Of a stretch of DNA of 64,000 nucleotides, positions 46,769 to 56,186 are shown one piece after another. Under the pieces are notes generated by a model. The model was not told the DNA's origin and did not search any database. It saw only the letters and a program-made list of their open reading frames with translations. The stretch is taken from positions 5,392 to 69,391 of the forward strand of contig JBMDXS010000069.1 of the NCBI GenBank assembly GCA_048595045.1, written 5' to 3'. The DNA comes from Acidimicrobiia bacterium (lineage in GTDB: Bacteria > Actinomycetota > Acidimicrobiia > Spongiisociales > ZC4RG35). Numbering within the stretch: the stretch's first letter is position 1; each line of letters starts with the position of its first letter. A program made the translations under genes and the position numbers.

Positions 46769-47356
46769 GTGCCCACGATCGCCATCCTCCCCGTCAAGTC
46801 CTTTCGCCTGGGCAAGGGGCGCCTGGCCGCTCATCTAGACGATGCCGATCGGTCTGAGCTGGGCAGGGCCCTGGCGGAGCGCACCGCCGGCCTCACGGTC
46901 GAAGCAGGGCTTCTTCCTCTCTTGATCGCTGGCGATGTCGAGGTCGCCGAATGGGCGCTTCTCCATGGCTTCCCGTCCATGCCGGATCCCGGGCGCGGCC
47001 TCGATGGCGCCGCTTCCGTGGGGACCAATTGGGCAGATGAGACCGGGAGTCATTGGCTGGTGGTCCATTCCGATCTTCCGCTGCTCACCGCTTCTGACCT
47101 ACGTTTCCTGCACGCTGCGCTGATGCGACACGGATCGGTGCTGGCACCGTCGGCGGATGGGGGGACATCGGCCATGGGAGGCCGTGGCCCCTTGACGTTC
47201 TCGTACGGTCCAGGCAGCTTCCGGCGTCATCTCGCCCGCTACCCCGACTCGGGAATCGTGGCCCGTCTCGGCCTGCTCCACGACGTCGACACGGTCGCCG
47301 ATCTCATTTCTGCCCGCAACCATCCCCGCGGGGCCTGGCTGGCCGGGGTGATGTGA
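46769..47356 (+). CDS. CofC/FbiD-like nucleotidyltransferase (2-phospho-L-lactate / phosphoenolpyruvate guanylyltransferase family)
   Basis: The N-terminus IAILPVKSFRLGKGRL matches the CofC IPVK...AK(S/T)RL motif. The protein is about 195 aa. Its stop overlaps the next start as ATGA. Confidence 0.5.
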   Translation: MPTIAILPVKSFRLGKGRLAAHLDDADRSELGRALAERTAGLTVEAGLLPLLIAGDVEVAEWALLHGFPSMPDPGRGLDGAASVGTNWADETGSHWLVVHSDLPLLTASDLRFLHAALMRHGSVLAPSADGGTSAMGGRGPLTFSYGPGSFRRHLARYPDSGIVARLGLLHDVDTVADLISARNHPRGAWLAGVM

Positions 47357-48555
47357 CGATCGAATTCGACACCGGCGTCCTCGCACCGGATCCGGAGCGA
47401 CGTCGCGTCGTCCTTGGCTGGCTGAGGGACGCGCTCCGAGCGGTAGATCCCGAGCGTCTCACCGCGGAGGCGCTGGCCAGTCGTCACAGTGGGCCGGCAG
47501 CGGTCATTGCCATCGGCAAGGCAGCGCCGGCCATGGCCCGGGGCGCAGCCTCGGTCCTCGATGTGACTGGTGGGATCTGCGTGTCCGGTCATACCAACCG
47601 GGTGCCGAAGACGATGAAATCGGTGATGGGTGACCACCCGTTGCCGGGGAAAGCGAGCCTCGCTGCTGGAGCTGCGGTACTGGACACGGTGAAGGAGATT
47701 CCGCCCACCGTCGACCTTATCGCCCTGGTATCCGGTGGCGGGTCGGCGTTGTGCGAGTCGCCGCGAGAAGGCGTCCCGGCAGACTTCCTTCGTCGGGTCA
47801 ACGCCAGTCTCATCACCTCCGGGGCCGATATCGAGACTGTCAACTTGGTCCGCAGCCATCTATCCACCGTGAAGGGCGGCGGGCTGGCGGCAGCGGCGGG
47901 CCGGCCCATCGACACCTACGTCATCTCCGACGTGGGAGCGGCCGGACCGGCGGTCGTGGCGTCGGGACCGACGATCCCGGGTCGTCACGACCCCGATGCT
48001 GCGTTGCAGATCCTCGAGGATCTGTCCGTCGATGTCCCCGAGCAGGTGGCCGAAGCGATGCGAGCACGGATCTCGAGCCTTCCGGCTCCTCGCGTCACCA
48101 TCCTCGCCGACGGCCGTACCGCCGCCCGGGCCATCGCCGAGGCCGCCCCCGGGCCGGGAAGGGTGGCACCCGCTTGGCTGAACGGGGACCTGAGTACGTG
48201 TCTCCGACGGTTCCTAGGAGCCGCCGGACCAGGGGTGACCGTGGGGGCGGGTGAGGTGACGCTGCGGATCACCAAACGGGGGGCGGGTGGCCGGAACACA
48301 CATGCCGCCCTTCTCGCCGCCGGGGCCCTCCACCCTGGGGAGCTGTTCTGCGCCTTTGCCACGGACGGGATGGACGGGAGCTCCGATGCGGCGGGGGCGA
48401 TCGTCGACGGGTCGACTCTCATGAGAGGGGGCGATCCGACCGAGGCCATTCGGGGCTGCGACTCCGCCTCATACCTGGCGGCTACCTCCGACCTGATCCG
48501 ATGCGGCCCTACCGGGACCAACGTATCCGACCTGTGGATCCTGTGGCGGGGGTGA
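47353..48555 (+). CDS. Glycerate kinase (MOFRL/GckA-type glycerate 2-kinase)
   Basis: A DUF4147-plus-MOFRL architecture with LVSGGGSALCESP. The protein is 400 aa. Confidence 0.75.
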   Translation: MTIEFDTGVLAPDPERRRVVLGWLRDALRAVDPERLTAEALASRHSGPAAVIAIGKAAPAMARGAASVLDVTGGICVSGHTNRVPKTMKSVMGDHPLPGKASLAAGAAVLDTVKEIPPTVDLIALVSGGGSALCESPREGVPADFLRRVNASLITSGADIETVNLVRSHLSTVKGGGLAAAAGRPIDTYVISDVGAAGPAVVASGPTIPGRHDPDAALQILEDLSVDVPEQVAEAMRARISSLPAPRVTILADGRTAARAIAEAAPGPGRVAPAWLNGDLSTCLRRFLGAAGPGVTVGAGEVTLRITKRGAGGRNTHAALLAAGALHPGELFCAFATDGMDGSSDAAGAIVDGSTLMRGGDPTEAIRGCDSASYLAATSDLIRCGPTGTNVSDLWILWRG

Positions 48556-48587
48556 ATCGCCCCGCCGTAGAGTGGGCCGGCAGGAGC

Positions 48588-49292
48588 ATGCAGAAGACAC
48601 TCGTGATCACCGGTGGGACGGGCGGTCTGGGGACCGCCCTGGTGCGACGTCTGATCAACGACGACCACCGGCTGGCAATCACGTATCTCCTGCCCGACGA
48701 GGCGGAGCAGTTCGAGCAGGAGTTCGACGTCGATGAGGACCAGGTGCTCCTGGTCCGGGTCGACGCCACGAACGCCGAGGCGATCAACACCTTCATGAAG
48801 AGCGTGGCGGATCGCTGGGGGGCGATACACGGGCTCGTCGCCCTGGTCGGGGGATGGGCGGGAGGCCGGGATGTGGTCGAGACCGATGACGTCCGGTTCG
48901 AGCGGATGCTCGACCTGAACCTTCGATCCACATTCAACTCGGTGAGGGCGGTGCTCCCCTATCTCGTCGAGACCGGCTGGGGCCGCATCGTCACCGTTGG
49001 TAGCAGGGCAGCCGTCGACTACCCAACCGGCCAGGCCGCATTCAACATCGCCAAGGCCGGTGTGGTGGCGCTGACCAGGTCGGTGGCCCAGGAGCTGGAC
49101 GGGACCGGGGTGACGGCCAATGTGCTACTCCCGTCGGTCATCGACACCCCGGCGACCCGGAGATCGCTGCCATACGCCGACTACGTCGACTGGCCGACGC
49201 CCGAGGAGATCGCCGCCGTCGCCTACTTCCTCCTCAGCGAGGACTCCGGCGTCATCAATGGCGCGGAGATACCGGTCTACGGTCGGGCCTGA
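48588..49292 (+). CDS. SDR-family short-chain dehydrogenase/reductase
   Basis: TGGTGGLG (Rossmann fold) and a catalytic YxxxK region (…DYPTGQAAFNIAKAG…). The ATG at 48588 follows GGCAGGAGC. Confidence 0.8.
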   Translation: MQKTLVITGGTGGLGTALVRRLINDDHRLAITYLLPDEAEQFEQEFDVDEDQVLLVRVDATNAEAINTFMKSVADRWGAIHGLVALVGGWAGGRDVVETDDVRFERMLDLNLRSTFNSVRAVLPYLVETGWGRIVTVGSRAAVDYPTGQAAFNIAKAGVVALTRSVAQELDGTGVTANVLLPSVIDTPATRRSLPYADYVDWPTPEEIAAVAYFLLSEDSGVINGAEIPVYGRA

Positions 49293-50290
49293 TCGGCTCC
49301 GTAGATCTCGACCCATTCCCCATGGGGATGTGCCTGGCCCACCGTGCGCGGGCCGCTCCCGTCGTCGACCACCAGCCGAGCCCAATCGTCGCCATCGTCC
49401 AGGCCCTCGCCCATCGAGACCCTATGAACCGGGCGCGCCGACCGGGCCCGGGACACGATCGAATCGAATCGGTCTCGCTGCGCTGTGTCGAACTGGTTCA
49501 GGGTGAACGAGCTCATGACCACCGCCGGCGCCCCGGCGGGGAGCCTGTCCAGGGCCACCGGCAGTGTCTCGAGGGCGTCCCCGGCGATCATCTCGATGTC
49601 GAGACTCGCCACCAGCTCGAGGGCGGACCGAAGCCGCGCTCGTCGCTCGTGGTGCTCGGGCCAGATGAGGGCATCGAGCCAACGCCGTGCATTTACGTCG
49701 GATGGGTCGAGGGGGTTGAGGTCGAGACCGGTCCGCCCGACCACCTCGACTTCTCGGAGCGCCACCGGTGCTCCCCTCCATTCGGCTTCGAGGATGAGAC
49801 TCGCATCGGTGTGCCATTGCGCGACGTCATAGCGGTAGCCATAGCGGTCGATGGCCAGGTTGAGCCCGGCGCTGGCACCGATATCGACCAGATGGAACGA
49901 GTCGAAAGGCGCCAGCAGCACCATGGGGAGCAAGGCAATGCAGCGTCGGCACTCGTTGGTCTGGGTGTAGTGGGTGTTGCCGATCTCGACGATCTGCTCC
50001 TCGTGCTCGAGCACGAAACGCCGGAAGTGGGGACCGACGTCGTCAGGCGGATCCGCATCCGTGGCGAGGGATGGATAGAACCGGGAGAGGTCGTCGTCGG
50101 CATCCTCCATGAGCAGGTACTGCACCGCGGCGAACAACAGGTTGGGAGGGAGCTGATGCTCGATGCGGTTGATCACCCGCATCAGCTCCGCGTCTCCGGA
50201 GACGACGTCGACGAGAGCGGAGTACAACGGGGAGCCGTGGGCGTGCTTCCCCCAGTCCCGCATGTATTGCGGGGTGACCGGCGAGGCCAC
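49277..50290 (-). CDS. DUF2332-family protein (class I methyltransferase-like motif)
   Basis: Conserved over about 330 aa. It contains LVDIGASAGLNL, resembling SAM-MTase motif I. A GTG at 50290 overlaps the RNase H stop (an ATG at 50263 is an alternative). The upstream Arg-rich part of the listed ORF was rejected. Confidence 0.6.
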   Translation of the reverse strand: MASPVTPQYMRDWGKHAHGSPLYSALVDVVSGDAELMRVINRIEHQLPPNLLFAAVQYLLMEDADDDLSRFYPSLATDADPPDDVGPHFRRFVLEHEEQIVEIGNTHYTQTNECRRCIALLPMVLLAPFDSFHLVDIGASAGLNLAIDRYGYRYDVAQWHTDASLILEAEWRGAPVALREVEVVGRTGLDLNPLDPSDVNARRWLDALIWPEHHERRARLRSALELVASLDIEMIAGDALETLPVALDRLPAGAPAVVMSSFTLNQFDTAQRDRFDSIVSRARSARPVHRVSMGEGLDDGDDWARLVVDDGSGPRTVGQAHPHGEWVEIYGADQARP

Positions 50291-50997
50291 TAGTGGATCT
50301 GGCGCCGATAGGAGGTGGCCAGGGCGTCGGCGTACTCGTTCCAACGATATCCGCTGTGCGCCTTGATCCACTGGATCCGCGCCCCGGGCCGCTGTTTGGC
50401 GAGGGCATAGGCCTCCTTGACCAATTCGAGGTTGGCGATGGGGCCGGGGGACTTCTTGGTCCACCCCCTCGCCTCCCAGCCCTCGGCCCACTTGGTGACG
50501 ATGTTCACCACGAGCTGCGAGTCGGTGTAGACGTCGATGCCGGCGGCAGGCGGGATCATGCGTAGACCCGCAATCAGGGCGGTGAGCTCCATCTTGTTGT
50601 TGGTCGTGTAGGGGTCCGAGCCCTGCTCTTCTCCGACGACCTCTCCATCGACGACGTACACCGCGCCCCATCCCCCCGGCCCCGGATTCCCCTCCGCTGC
50701 GCCGTCGGTGAACACCCCGGTGTCAGGCCCATCCGTGAACGAGTCGAGGACCTCGGCCACGGTCAGATCCCTGGACTTGGTCCTGCTCACCGGCGTCGAT
50801 GCCCGAGGCGGTTCACCAGCCGCACTGGTGGCCGTCGGCATCCGGCCGCCGTCACGGCAATCGAGGCACTGACGTGGCACCCAACCCGGATAGCGATCGA
50901 GGACGTCCTGACGCACCTCGAACTCCCGGCCACAGGTCTGACAGGTGAACACGTCACCAACCACCGAAACTGGGACGAGGAGACGCGCAAATGACAC
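50290..50997 (-). CDS. rnhA: Ribonuclease HI with an N-terminal C4 zinc-ribbon domain
   Basis: The N-terminus has CQTCG...CLDC (zinc ribbon). The RNase H core is TDGAAEGNPGPGGWGAV...NNKMELTALIAGL...YTDSQ...H. Confidence 0.8.
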   Translation of the reverse strand: MSFARLLVPVSVVGDVFTCQTCGREFEVRQDVLDRYPGWVPRQCLDCRDGGRMPTATSAAGEPPRASTPVSRTKSRDLTVAEVLDSFTDGPDTGVFTDGAAEGNPGPGGWGAVYVVDGEVVGEEQGSDPYTTNNKMELTALIAGLRMIPPAAGIDVYTDSQLVVNIVTKWAEGWEARGWTKKSPGPIANLELVKEAYALAKQRPGARIQWIKAHSGYRWNEYADALATSYRRQIH

Positions 50998-51006
50998 TTT
51001 TCTGTC

Positions 51007-51594
51007 TCAATTCGGCGAGGTCCTGGTGAACACCGAGATGAACTGGGGCGATTTGAGCAAGTTGAACTCGTGGTGGGTCTCGGTGAGCCCATGGGGCTCC
51101 ATTATCCGGCGCACCTTGGCCGGGGAGAGCCAATGGCAATGAACCTCCCGGGCTCTGAACGGCGTTCGGTAGAGGATCATCGACGTGGGGACGGCGTAGA
51201 GACCCTGGATCGGCTCCGCCGGGTAGATGAACAACGCCTTTCCACCGGGTTTGAGCACCCTGGCTATCTCGGCTGCCGCCTCATCGAGGGGCGGGATGTG
51301 CTCGATGGCATGGACCGCGACCACTGCATCGAACTCGCGGTCGTCGAAGGCGAGATCTTCGGCCATCATGTGCAGCACCCGGCTCGACCCCGACACCTCG
51401 GGGGCATTGGGGTTGGCGTCGATGCCGACGACGTCGACCCCCTTCTCGGCCAGCCGGGTGGTGAGATGACCCTGCCCACAACCCACCTCCAGCACACGGT
51501 CCCCCGGCCGCAGCGGCAACAGCTTGTCGATCCGGCGCAGATGCGCCGGGTCCCACCGGTTGACCAGGGCGTAGCGACGTGAGTCGTAGTCGGT
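51007..51594 (-). CDS. Class I SAM-dependent methyltransferase
   Basis: VLEVGCGQGHLT (motif I) and VVGIDANPN (motif II). The ATG at 51594 gives 195 aa. Confidence 0.75.
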   Translation of the reverse strand, partial: TDYDSRRYALVNRWDPAHLRRIDKLLPLRPGDRVLEVGCGQGHLTTRLAEKGVDVVGIDANPNAPEVSGSSRVLHMMAEDLAFDDREFDAVVAVHAIEHIPPLDEAAAEIARVLKPGGKALFIYPAEPIQGLYAVPTSMILYRTPFRAREVHCHWLSPAKVRRIMEPHGLTETHHEFNLLKSPQFISVFTRTSPN

Positions 51595-51607
51595 CATGGG
51601 TGAGAGG

Positions 51608-52840
51608 CTAGGAGAGCCCTTCGAGATGGGCGGACACCGCGTAGTCGAGCAGGAGCGGTCCATTTGCGGTGAGCGCGACGTGGGTGACCGAGGTGTTGGC
51701 CGGGGTGTAGAGCGACTCCGAGTGTGAGTCGTTGGTGTGGGTCAGCGAGGACACATAGGAGCGGATCGCCCCACCGTGCGCGACGATGAGCGTCGGCTCA
51801 TCGCTGGCCGGGGCCAGTCCGTGCACGGTGGCCCTTATCCGCCCGGTCAACTCGCCCCAGCTCTCCCCGCTCTCCCCCCGCTTGAGGTCTATGCCGTCGC
51901 GGTAGATGGTGCCCATCAGTTCTGGCCAGCTCTCATAGATCTCGTCGGAGGTGAGACCTTCCCATCGCCCCATGTCGAGCTCTTTGAGACCGTCGACCGA
52001 GACCACAGAGTCGGAGGCGACGTAGCCGGCGGTGGAGACGGCCCGGCCCAGAGGTGAGGTGTAGACGGTTGGGAAGAGGCCATACCAGTCGCGCAGGGCA
52101 CGGGCCTGGCGATGACCGGTCTCGTCGAGGCCCCAGTCACCCTGGCCCTGCCACCGGCCCTCGGTGTTGGCCCGGGTCTGCCCGTGACGGATCAGGGCAA
52201 GAACGGGCTCACCCTGATCCAGGTGCTCGGTGACCGCGGTGGGGCGGGGCCCGAAGTGGGCCAGGTCGTTGAACCCGGCCAGACGCGGCCGGTCCCACGA
52301 CCAGACGAGCCGGGTGAGGGAGGTGTTACCGGCAAAGGCGTGAACCCGACGGCTCCGCCCTGCCAGGTGCCGCTGGAGCACCTCCTGGATGAATCCCCCG
52401 TGGGTGACCACCGCGGCCCGGCCGTCCTCGCCGAGAGCGGCGGCGAGGGCGTCGATGGCGCCGGTGGCACGCCGGTGGAGCTCAGAGAGGCTCTCACCGG
52501 TATAGCCCATCGGCAGCTCACGACCAGAGATGGCGTGGCGCAGGTGGTCGCCATGCTCGGAGAGGATCTGATCACGTGACATTCCCTCCCAGCGCCCGAT
52601 GTCGAGCTCGACCAGGTTGTCCCAGACTTCGAAGTCCGTGGTGAATGCGCCCGCGGTGCGCCTGGCCCTTTCCAGCGGCGAGCAGACGACCACGTCGAAC
52701 TCACGCTCGTGGAGCCGTTTGCCGATTGCGTCGAGGCTGGCCTCCCCCGCCTCGCTCAGTTGGCCGTCGACCTGGCCGTTCCAGATGCCGTCGAGGTTGG
52801 CCTGCGATTCGGCGTGCCGGATCAGGGTGATCTCTTTCAT
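51608..52840 (-). CDS. Tandem histidine-phosphatase (phosphoglycerate-mutase/CobC-like) domain protein
   Basis: Two RHG-type cores: ITLIRHAESQAN... and LALIRHGQTRAN.... The protein is about 410 aa. Confidence 0.75.
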   Translation of the reverse strand: MKEITLIRHAESQANLDGIWNGQVDGQLSEAGEASLDAIGKRLHEREFDVVVCSPLERARRTAGAFTTDFEVWDNLVELDIGRWEGMSRDQILSEHGDHLRHAISGRELPMGYTGESLSELHRRATGAIDALAAALGEDGRAAVVTHGGFIQEVLQRHLAGRSRRVHAFAGNTSLTRLVWSWDRPRLAGFNDLAHFGPRPTAVTEHLDQGEPVLALIRHGQTRANTEGRWQGQGDWGLDETGHRQARALRDWYGLFPTVYTSPLGRAVSTAGYVASDSVVSVDGLKELDMGRWEGLTSDEIYESWPELMGTIYRDGIDLKRGESGESWGELTGRIRATVHGLAPASDEPTLIVAHGGAIRSYVSSLTHTNDSHSESLYTPANTSVTHVALTANGPLLLDYAVSAHLEGLS

Positions 52841-52918
52841 ACGGTCACGGGCTCGTAGGTTGAAGGGGGCTGTGCTCGGCGTTGTCACGTAGAACGTACA
52901 GCGTGATGAGCGGAACGC

Positions 52919-54973
52919 TCACCCTCCCACGAAGGCCGAGGCGAAGATGAGGGAGACGATGGTCATCACCTTGATGACGATGTTCATCGAGGGCCCGGCC
53001 GTGTCTTTGAAGGGGTCGCCCACGGTGTCGCCGATGATTGCCGCCTTGTGGCTGTCTGACCCCTTGCCCCCGAAAGCCCCGGACTCGATGAACTTCTTGG
53101 CGTTGTCCCAGGCCCCTCCGGCGTTGGCCATGAAGATGGCGAGGAGGAAGCCGGTCACCAATGCGCCGGCGAGGAGACCGCCCAATGCCTCGACGTCGAT
53201 GAACCCGACGACGAGGGGGAGCAGGATGGCGATCGAGCCCGGGATGATCATCTCGCGCAGCGCCCCGGCGGTGGCGATGTCGACACAGGCGTTGTAATCG
53301 GGCTCCACGCCGGGCTCGCCCTCTCTCAGTCCCCTGATCTCGCGAAACTGACGTCGGACCTCATCGATCATCTTGAAAGCGGTTCGGCCTACCGCGTTCA
53401 TGGTCAGGGCCCCGAACAGGAACGGGAACATGGCACCGACGAAGAGGCCCACCGTCGTCTCCGCTCGGGTGAGATCGATCTGATCTAGCCCCACGGCTTG
53501 CGTGAAGGCGGCAAAGAGGGCCAGAGCCGTGACTGCGGCGGATGCGATGGCGAACCCTTTGGCCACTGCGGCCGTGGTGTTGCCCAGCGAGTCGAGCGCG
53601 TCGGTCGCCTGTCTGACCTCCGCGGGGAGATGCGCCATCTCCGCGATGCCTCCCGCATTGTCGGCGATGGGCCCGTAGGCATCGACCGAGATGGTGATGC
53701 CGAGCGTGGCGAGGACCCCGATGGCGGCTATCGCCACGCCATATATGCCGCCGCCCTCGCCGAGCGCCCAATCCCCGGCGAAATAGGAAACGCCGATCCC
53801 GGCGGCGACGACGAGGACCGAATAGGCGGCCGACTTCATCCCCTCGGCTATCCCGGAGATGATCACAGTCGCCGGCCCGGTCTGAGACTGGCGGGCGATC
53901 TCCTTGACCTTCTTGTGGTCGTCCGAGGTGAACCATTCGGAGATCTTCCCGACCATCCACCCCACGAGGAGACCGGCCATGACCGCTCCCCAAATGCCGA
54001 TCGGGTTCTCGGCGACGTCCCCGAACACCCAGTAGGCGAGGCCGAGCACACCGGCCCCGGTGGCGAAGAGGGCGAAATTCGTGCCACGTCGCAGAGCGGC
54101 TCCGAGATCATCGCCCCTGGTCCGCACCAGGAATGAGCCGACGATCGCGGCCAGCATGCCGAGCGCGGCGACCGCGAGCGGGAAGACGATGGCTTCTTCG
54201 ACCAGGGTGCTCGCCCCGAAGACCACGGCGGCGTAGGCGATGGGGGCTACCAATGACCCGACATAGGACTCGAAAAGGTCGGCCCCCATCCCGGCCACGT
54301 CACCAACGTTGTCCCCAACGTTGTCGGCGATCACCGCCGGGTTGCGCGGGTCGTCCTCCGGGATTCCGGTCTCGACCTTGCCCACCAGGTCGGCGCCGAC
54401 ATCGGCCGCCTTGGTGTATATGCCACCACCCACACGGGCGAACAGGGCGATCGAAGAGCCGCCTAGCCCGATGGCGGTGAGAATATCCGACCACGAATCG
54501 AGGCCGAGAACCTCGTTGAAGATGAGATAGCCGAGGGCAACACCGAGCAGACCGAGCCCGGCAACGGTGAAGCCCATCACGGCGCCGCCCCGGAAGGCGA
54601 CCGGGAGAGCCGCCGCGGTCCCCCCGGTCCGTGCCGCCTCGGTCGTCCGCGAGTTGGCCTGGGTAGCGATCCTCATCCCGAAGTATCCAGCGGCGCCGGA
54701 AAGAGCGGCGCCGAACACGTAAGCGACGGCCCCCCAGGGAAGACCCCAGTCGAGGAGGGCGGCGATGAGACCCGCCATCACCAGCACGAAGACGCTGACC
54801 CACAGGTACTCCCTCCGGAGAAAGGTCATCGCGCCCTGGCGGATGTCGTCGGACAGCTGGATCATCCGCTGGTTGCCCCTCGGCGCGGCCAGCACCATTC
54901 GGGCATAGACCACTGCCACGGCGACTGCCAGGATCCCGGCAGCCAGGGACACGTAAACGATCAGGTCGGACAA
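52919..54973 (-). CDS. hppA: Membrane-bound proton-translocating pyrophosphatase
   Basis: 684 aa with about 15 TM helices and H+-PPase motifs (GGIYTKAADVGADLVGKVE, DNVGDNVGD). Confidence 0.9.
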   Translation of the reverse strand: MSDLIVYVSLAAGILAVAVAVVYARMVLAAPRGNQRMIQLSDDIRQGAMTFLRREYLWVSVFVLVMAGLIAALLDWGLPWGAVAYVFGAALSGAAGYFGMRIATQANSRTTEAARTGGTAAALPVAFRGGAVMGFTVAGLGLLGVALGYLIFNEVLGLDSWSDILTAIGLGGSSIALFARVGGGIYTKAADVGADLVGKVETGIPEDDPRNPAVIADNVGDNVGDVAGMGADLFESYVGSLVAPIAYAAVVFGASTLVEEAIVFPLAVAALGMLAAIVGSFLVRTRGDDLGAALRRGTNFALFATGAGVLGLAYWVFGDVAENPIGIWGAVMAGLLVGWMVGKISEWFTSDDHKKVKEIARQSQTGPATVIISGIAEGMKSAAYSVLVVAAGIGVSYFAGDWALGEGGGIYGVAIAAIGVLATLGITISVDAYGPIADNAGGIAEMAHLPAEVRQATDALDSLGNTTAAVAKGFAIASAAVTALALFAAFTQAVGLDQIDLTRAETTVGLFVGAMFPFLFGALTMNAVGRTAFKMIDEVRRQFREIRGLREGEPGVEPDYNACVDIATAGALREMIIPGSIAILLPLVVGFIDVEALGGLLAGALVTGFLLAIFMANAGGAWDNAKKFIESGAFGGKGSDSHKAAIIGDTVGDPFKDTAGPSMNIVIKVMTIVSLIFASAFVGG

Positions 54974-55014
54974 GGGGCCGGGATTGTAGGAACCGCGAAT
55001 CCGATCCCCGAGGG

Positions 55015-55575
55015 TCAGCCGCCGGCGATCGCTCCGGCGAGATCGACGATGGCCGCTTCGACCTCAGGGCCACCGTCGCCACTCTGCACCGCGACGGCGA
55101 AGATGACGTCACCGGAACGCACCACCAGCTCATAGGGCCCAGCGTCGTTGGGGTTGTAAGCCTCCTCCCCGACCCCGTCCACGGCGGTCACCCCACCCCT
55201 GTTCTCCTCGTACCCGGTCTTCACCCCGTCCCACTGCGCCGAAGACCCGAAATGGAACACCTCGACCGATGGGGCAACTCCTCCCTCGAGGACATAAGAG
55301 CAATTACGGGCGATCCCCGCCTCACCGCTTGCCGAGTTGGCCCCGAAGGCGGCTGCGACCTCGTCGGCTGTCGCCAGCGAACACGGATCTTCGGCTGTGG
55401 CCGCAGCACCAGTCGTCGTGGCTCCCACCGACGTCGTCGTGTCACCTGAGGTCGTCGTCACATCATCTCCGGAGCCTGGGGTCGGGGACGAAGCCGTCTC
55501 GGAGGTCCCGCCGTCACCTCCGCACGAGGCCACCGCCAGGACGAAGGCCATCACGAATAGCCATCCGGTTCGCAT
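55015..55575 (-). CDS. Lipoprotein (Thr/Gly-rich linker plus a small globular domain)
   Basis: Lipobox LAVASC, a low-complexity linker, then a C-terminal domain with a Cys pair. Confidence 0.6.
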   Translation of the reverse strand: MRTGWLFVMAFVLAVASCGGDGGTSETASSPTPGSGDDVTTTSGDTTTSVGATTTGAAATAEDPCSLATADEVAAAFGANSASGEAGIARNCSYVLEGGVAPSVEVFHFGSSAQWDGVKTGYEENRGGVTAVDGVGEEAYNPNDAGPYELVVRSGDVIFAVAVQSGDGGPEVEAAIVDLAGAIAGG

Positions 55576-55646
55576 TCTTCCCCTCCTGTCTCGGCCCGCT
55601 CTGCAACCTACGTGAGGGGTCTTAGGGTGGGTTTAGAGTCTGTGCC

Positions 55647-56171
55647 ATGAAGAGGCTGTTCGGGTTGCTGGCGTTCACCCTGATCCTGTTGGTGCCACTG
55701 CCGGCAGCGGCCCACGGCGATCACGACGCCCGCCCCCTGATCCGTGGAGCCGGTCTGGGCCCGTACACCGTTTCCCTGTGGCAGGTCTACCCGGATGCCG
55801 GCTCGGCCATGTTGCCTGTGCTGGTGGTGATGTTCGACGAGGGGGAGATGGGCGATGCCGCGATTCTCTCGGTTCGAGTCGGAGGGGATGAGGTGGGCCT
55901 GGCCCCTTCGCCGACGACGGCGGGCGCCTGGGAGACCACCTCGGGATTGGACACCGACGACACGGTGGTGGTGACGATCTCCGAGGGTGGGGAGTCATGG
56001 ACCACTCCGACGGTCATCGTCCCCCCGCCGCTCACCTCCATGCTCCCGATGCGAGGTCTGATCGCAGTTTCTATATTCCTGGCCACCGCGGTGGCGTGGT
56101 GGATCGGAGGCCGTGCCGCAACGGCATGGCGCCGTCCCATCTCATACCGGGACATCGGTCTGGAGCGCTGA
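55647..56171 (+). CDS. Secreted, membrane-anchored protein with an N-terminal His immediately after the predicted signal cleavage (CopC/His-brace-like candidate)
   Basis: A signal peptide ...PLPAAA followed by HGDHD. A C-terminal TM anchor is present. The protein is 174 aa. Confidence 0.5.
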   Translation: MKRLFGLLAFTLILLVPLPAAAHGDHDARPLIRGAGLGPYTVSLWQVYPDAGSAMLPVLVVMFDEGEMGDAAILSVRVGGDEVGLAPSPTTAGAWETTSGLDTDDTVVVTISEGGESWTTPTVIVPPPLTSMLPMRGLIAVSIFLATAVAWWIGGRAATAWRRPISYRDIGLER

Positions 56172-56186
56172 GGAGCAAGGAGCAGC

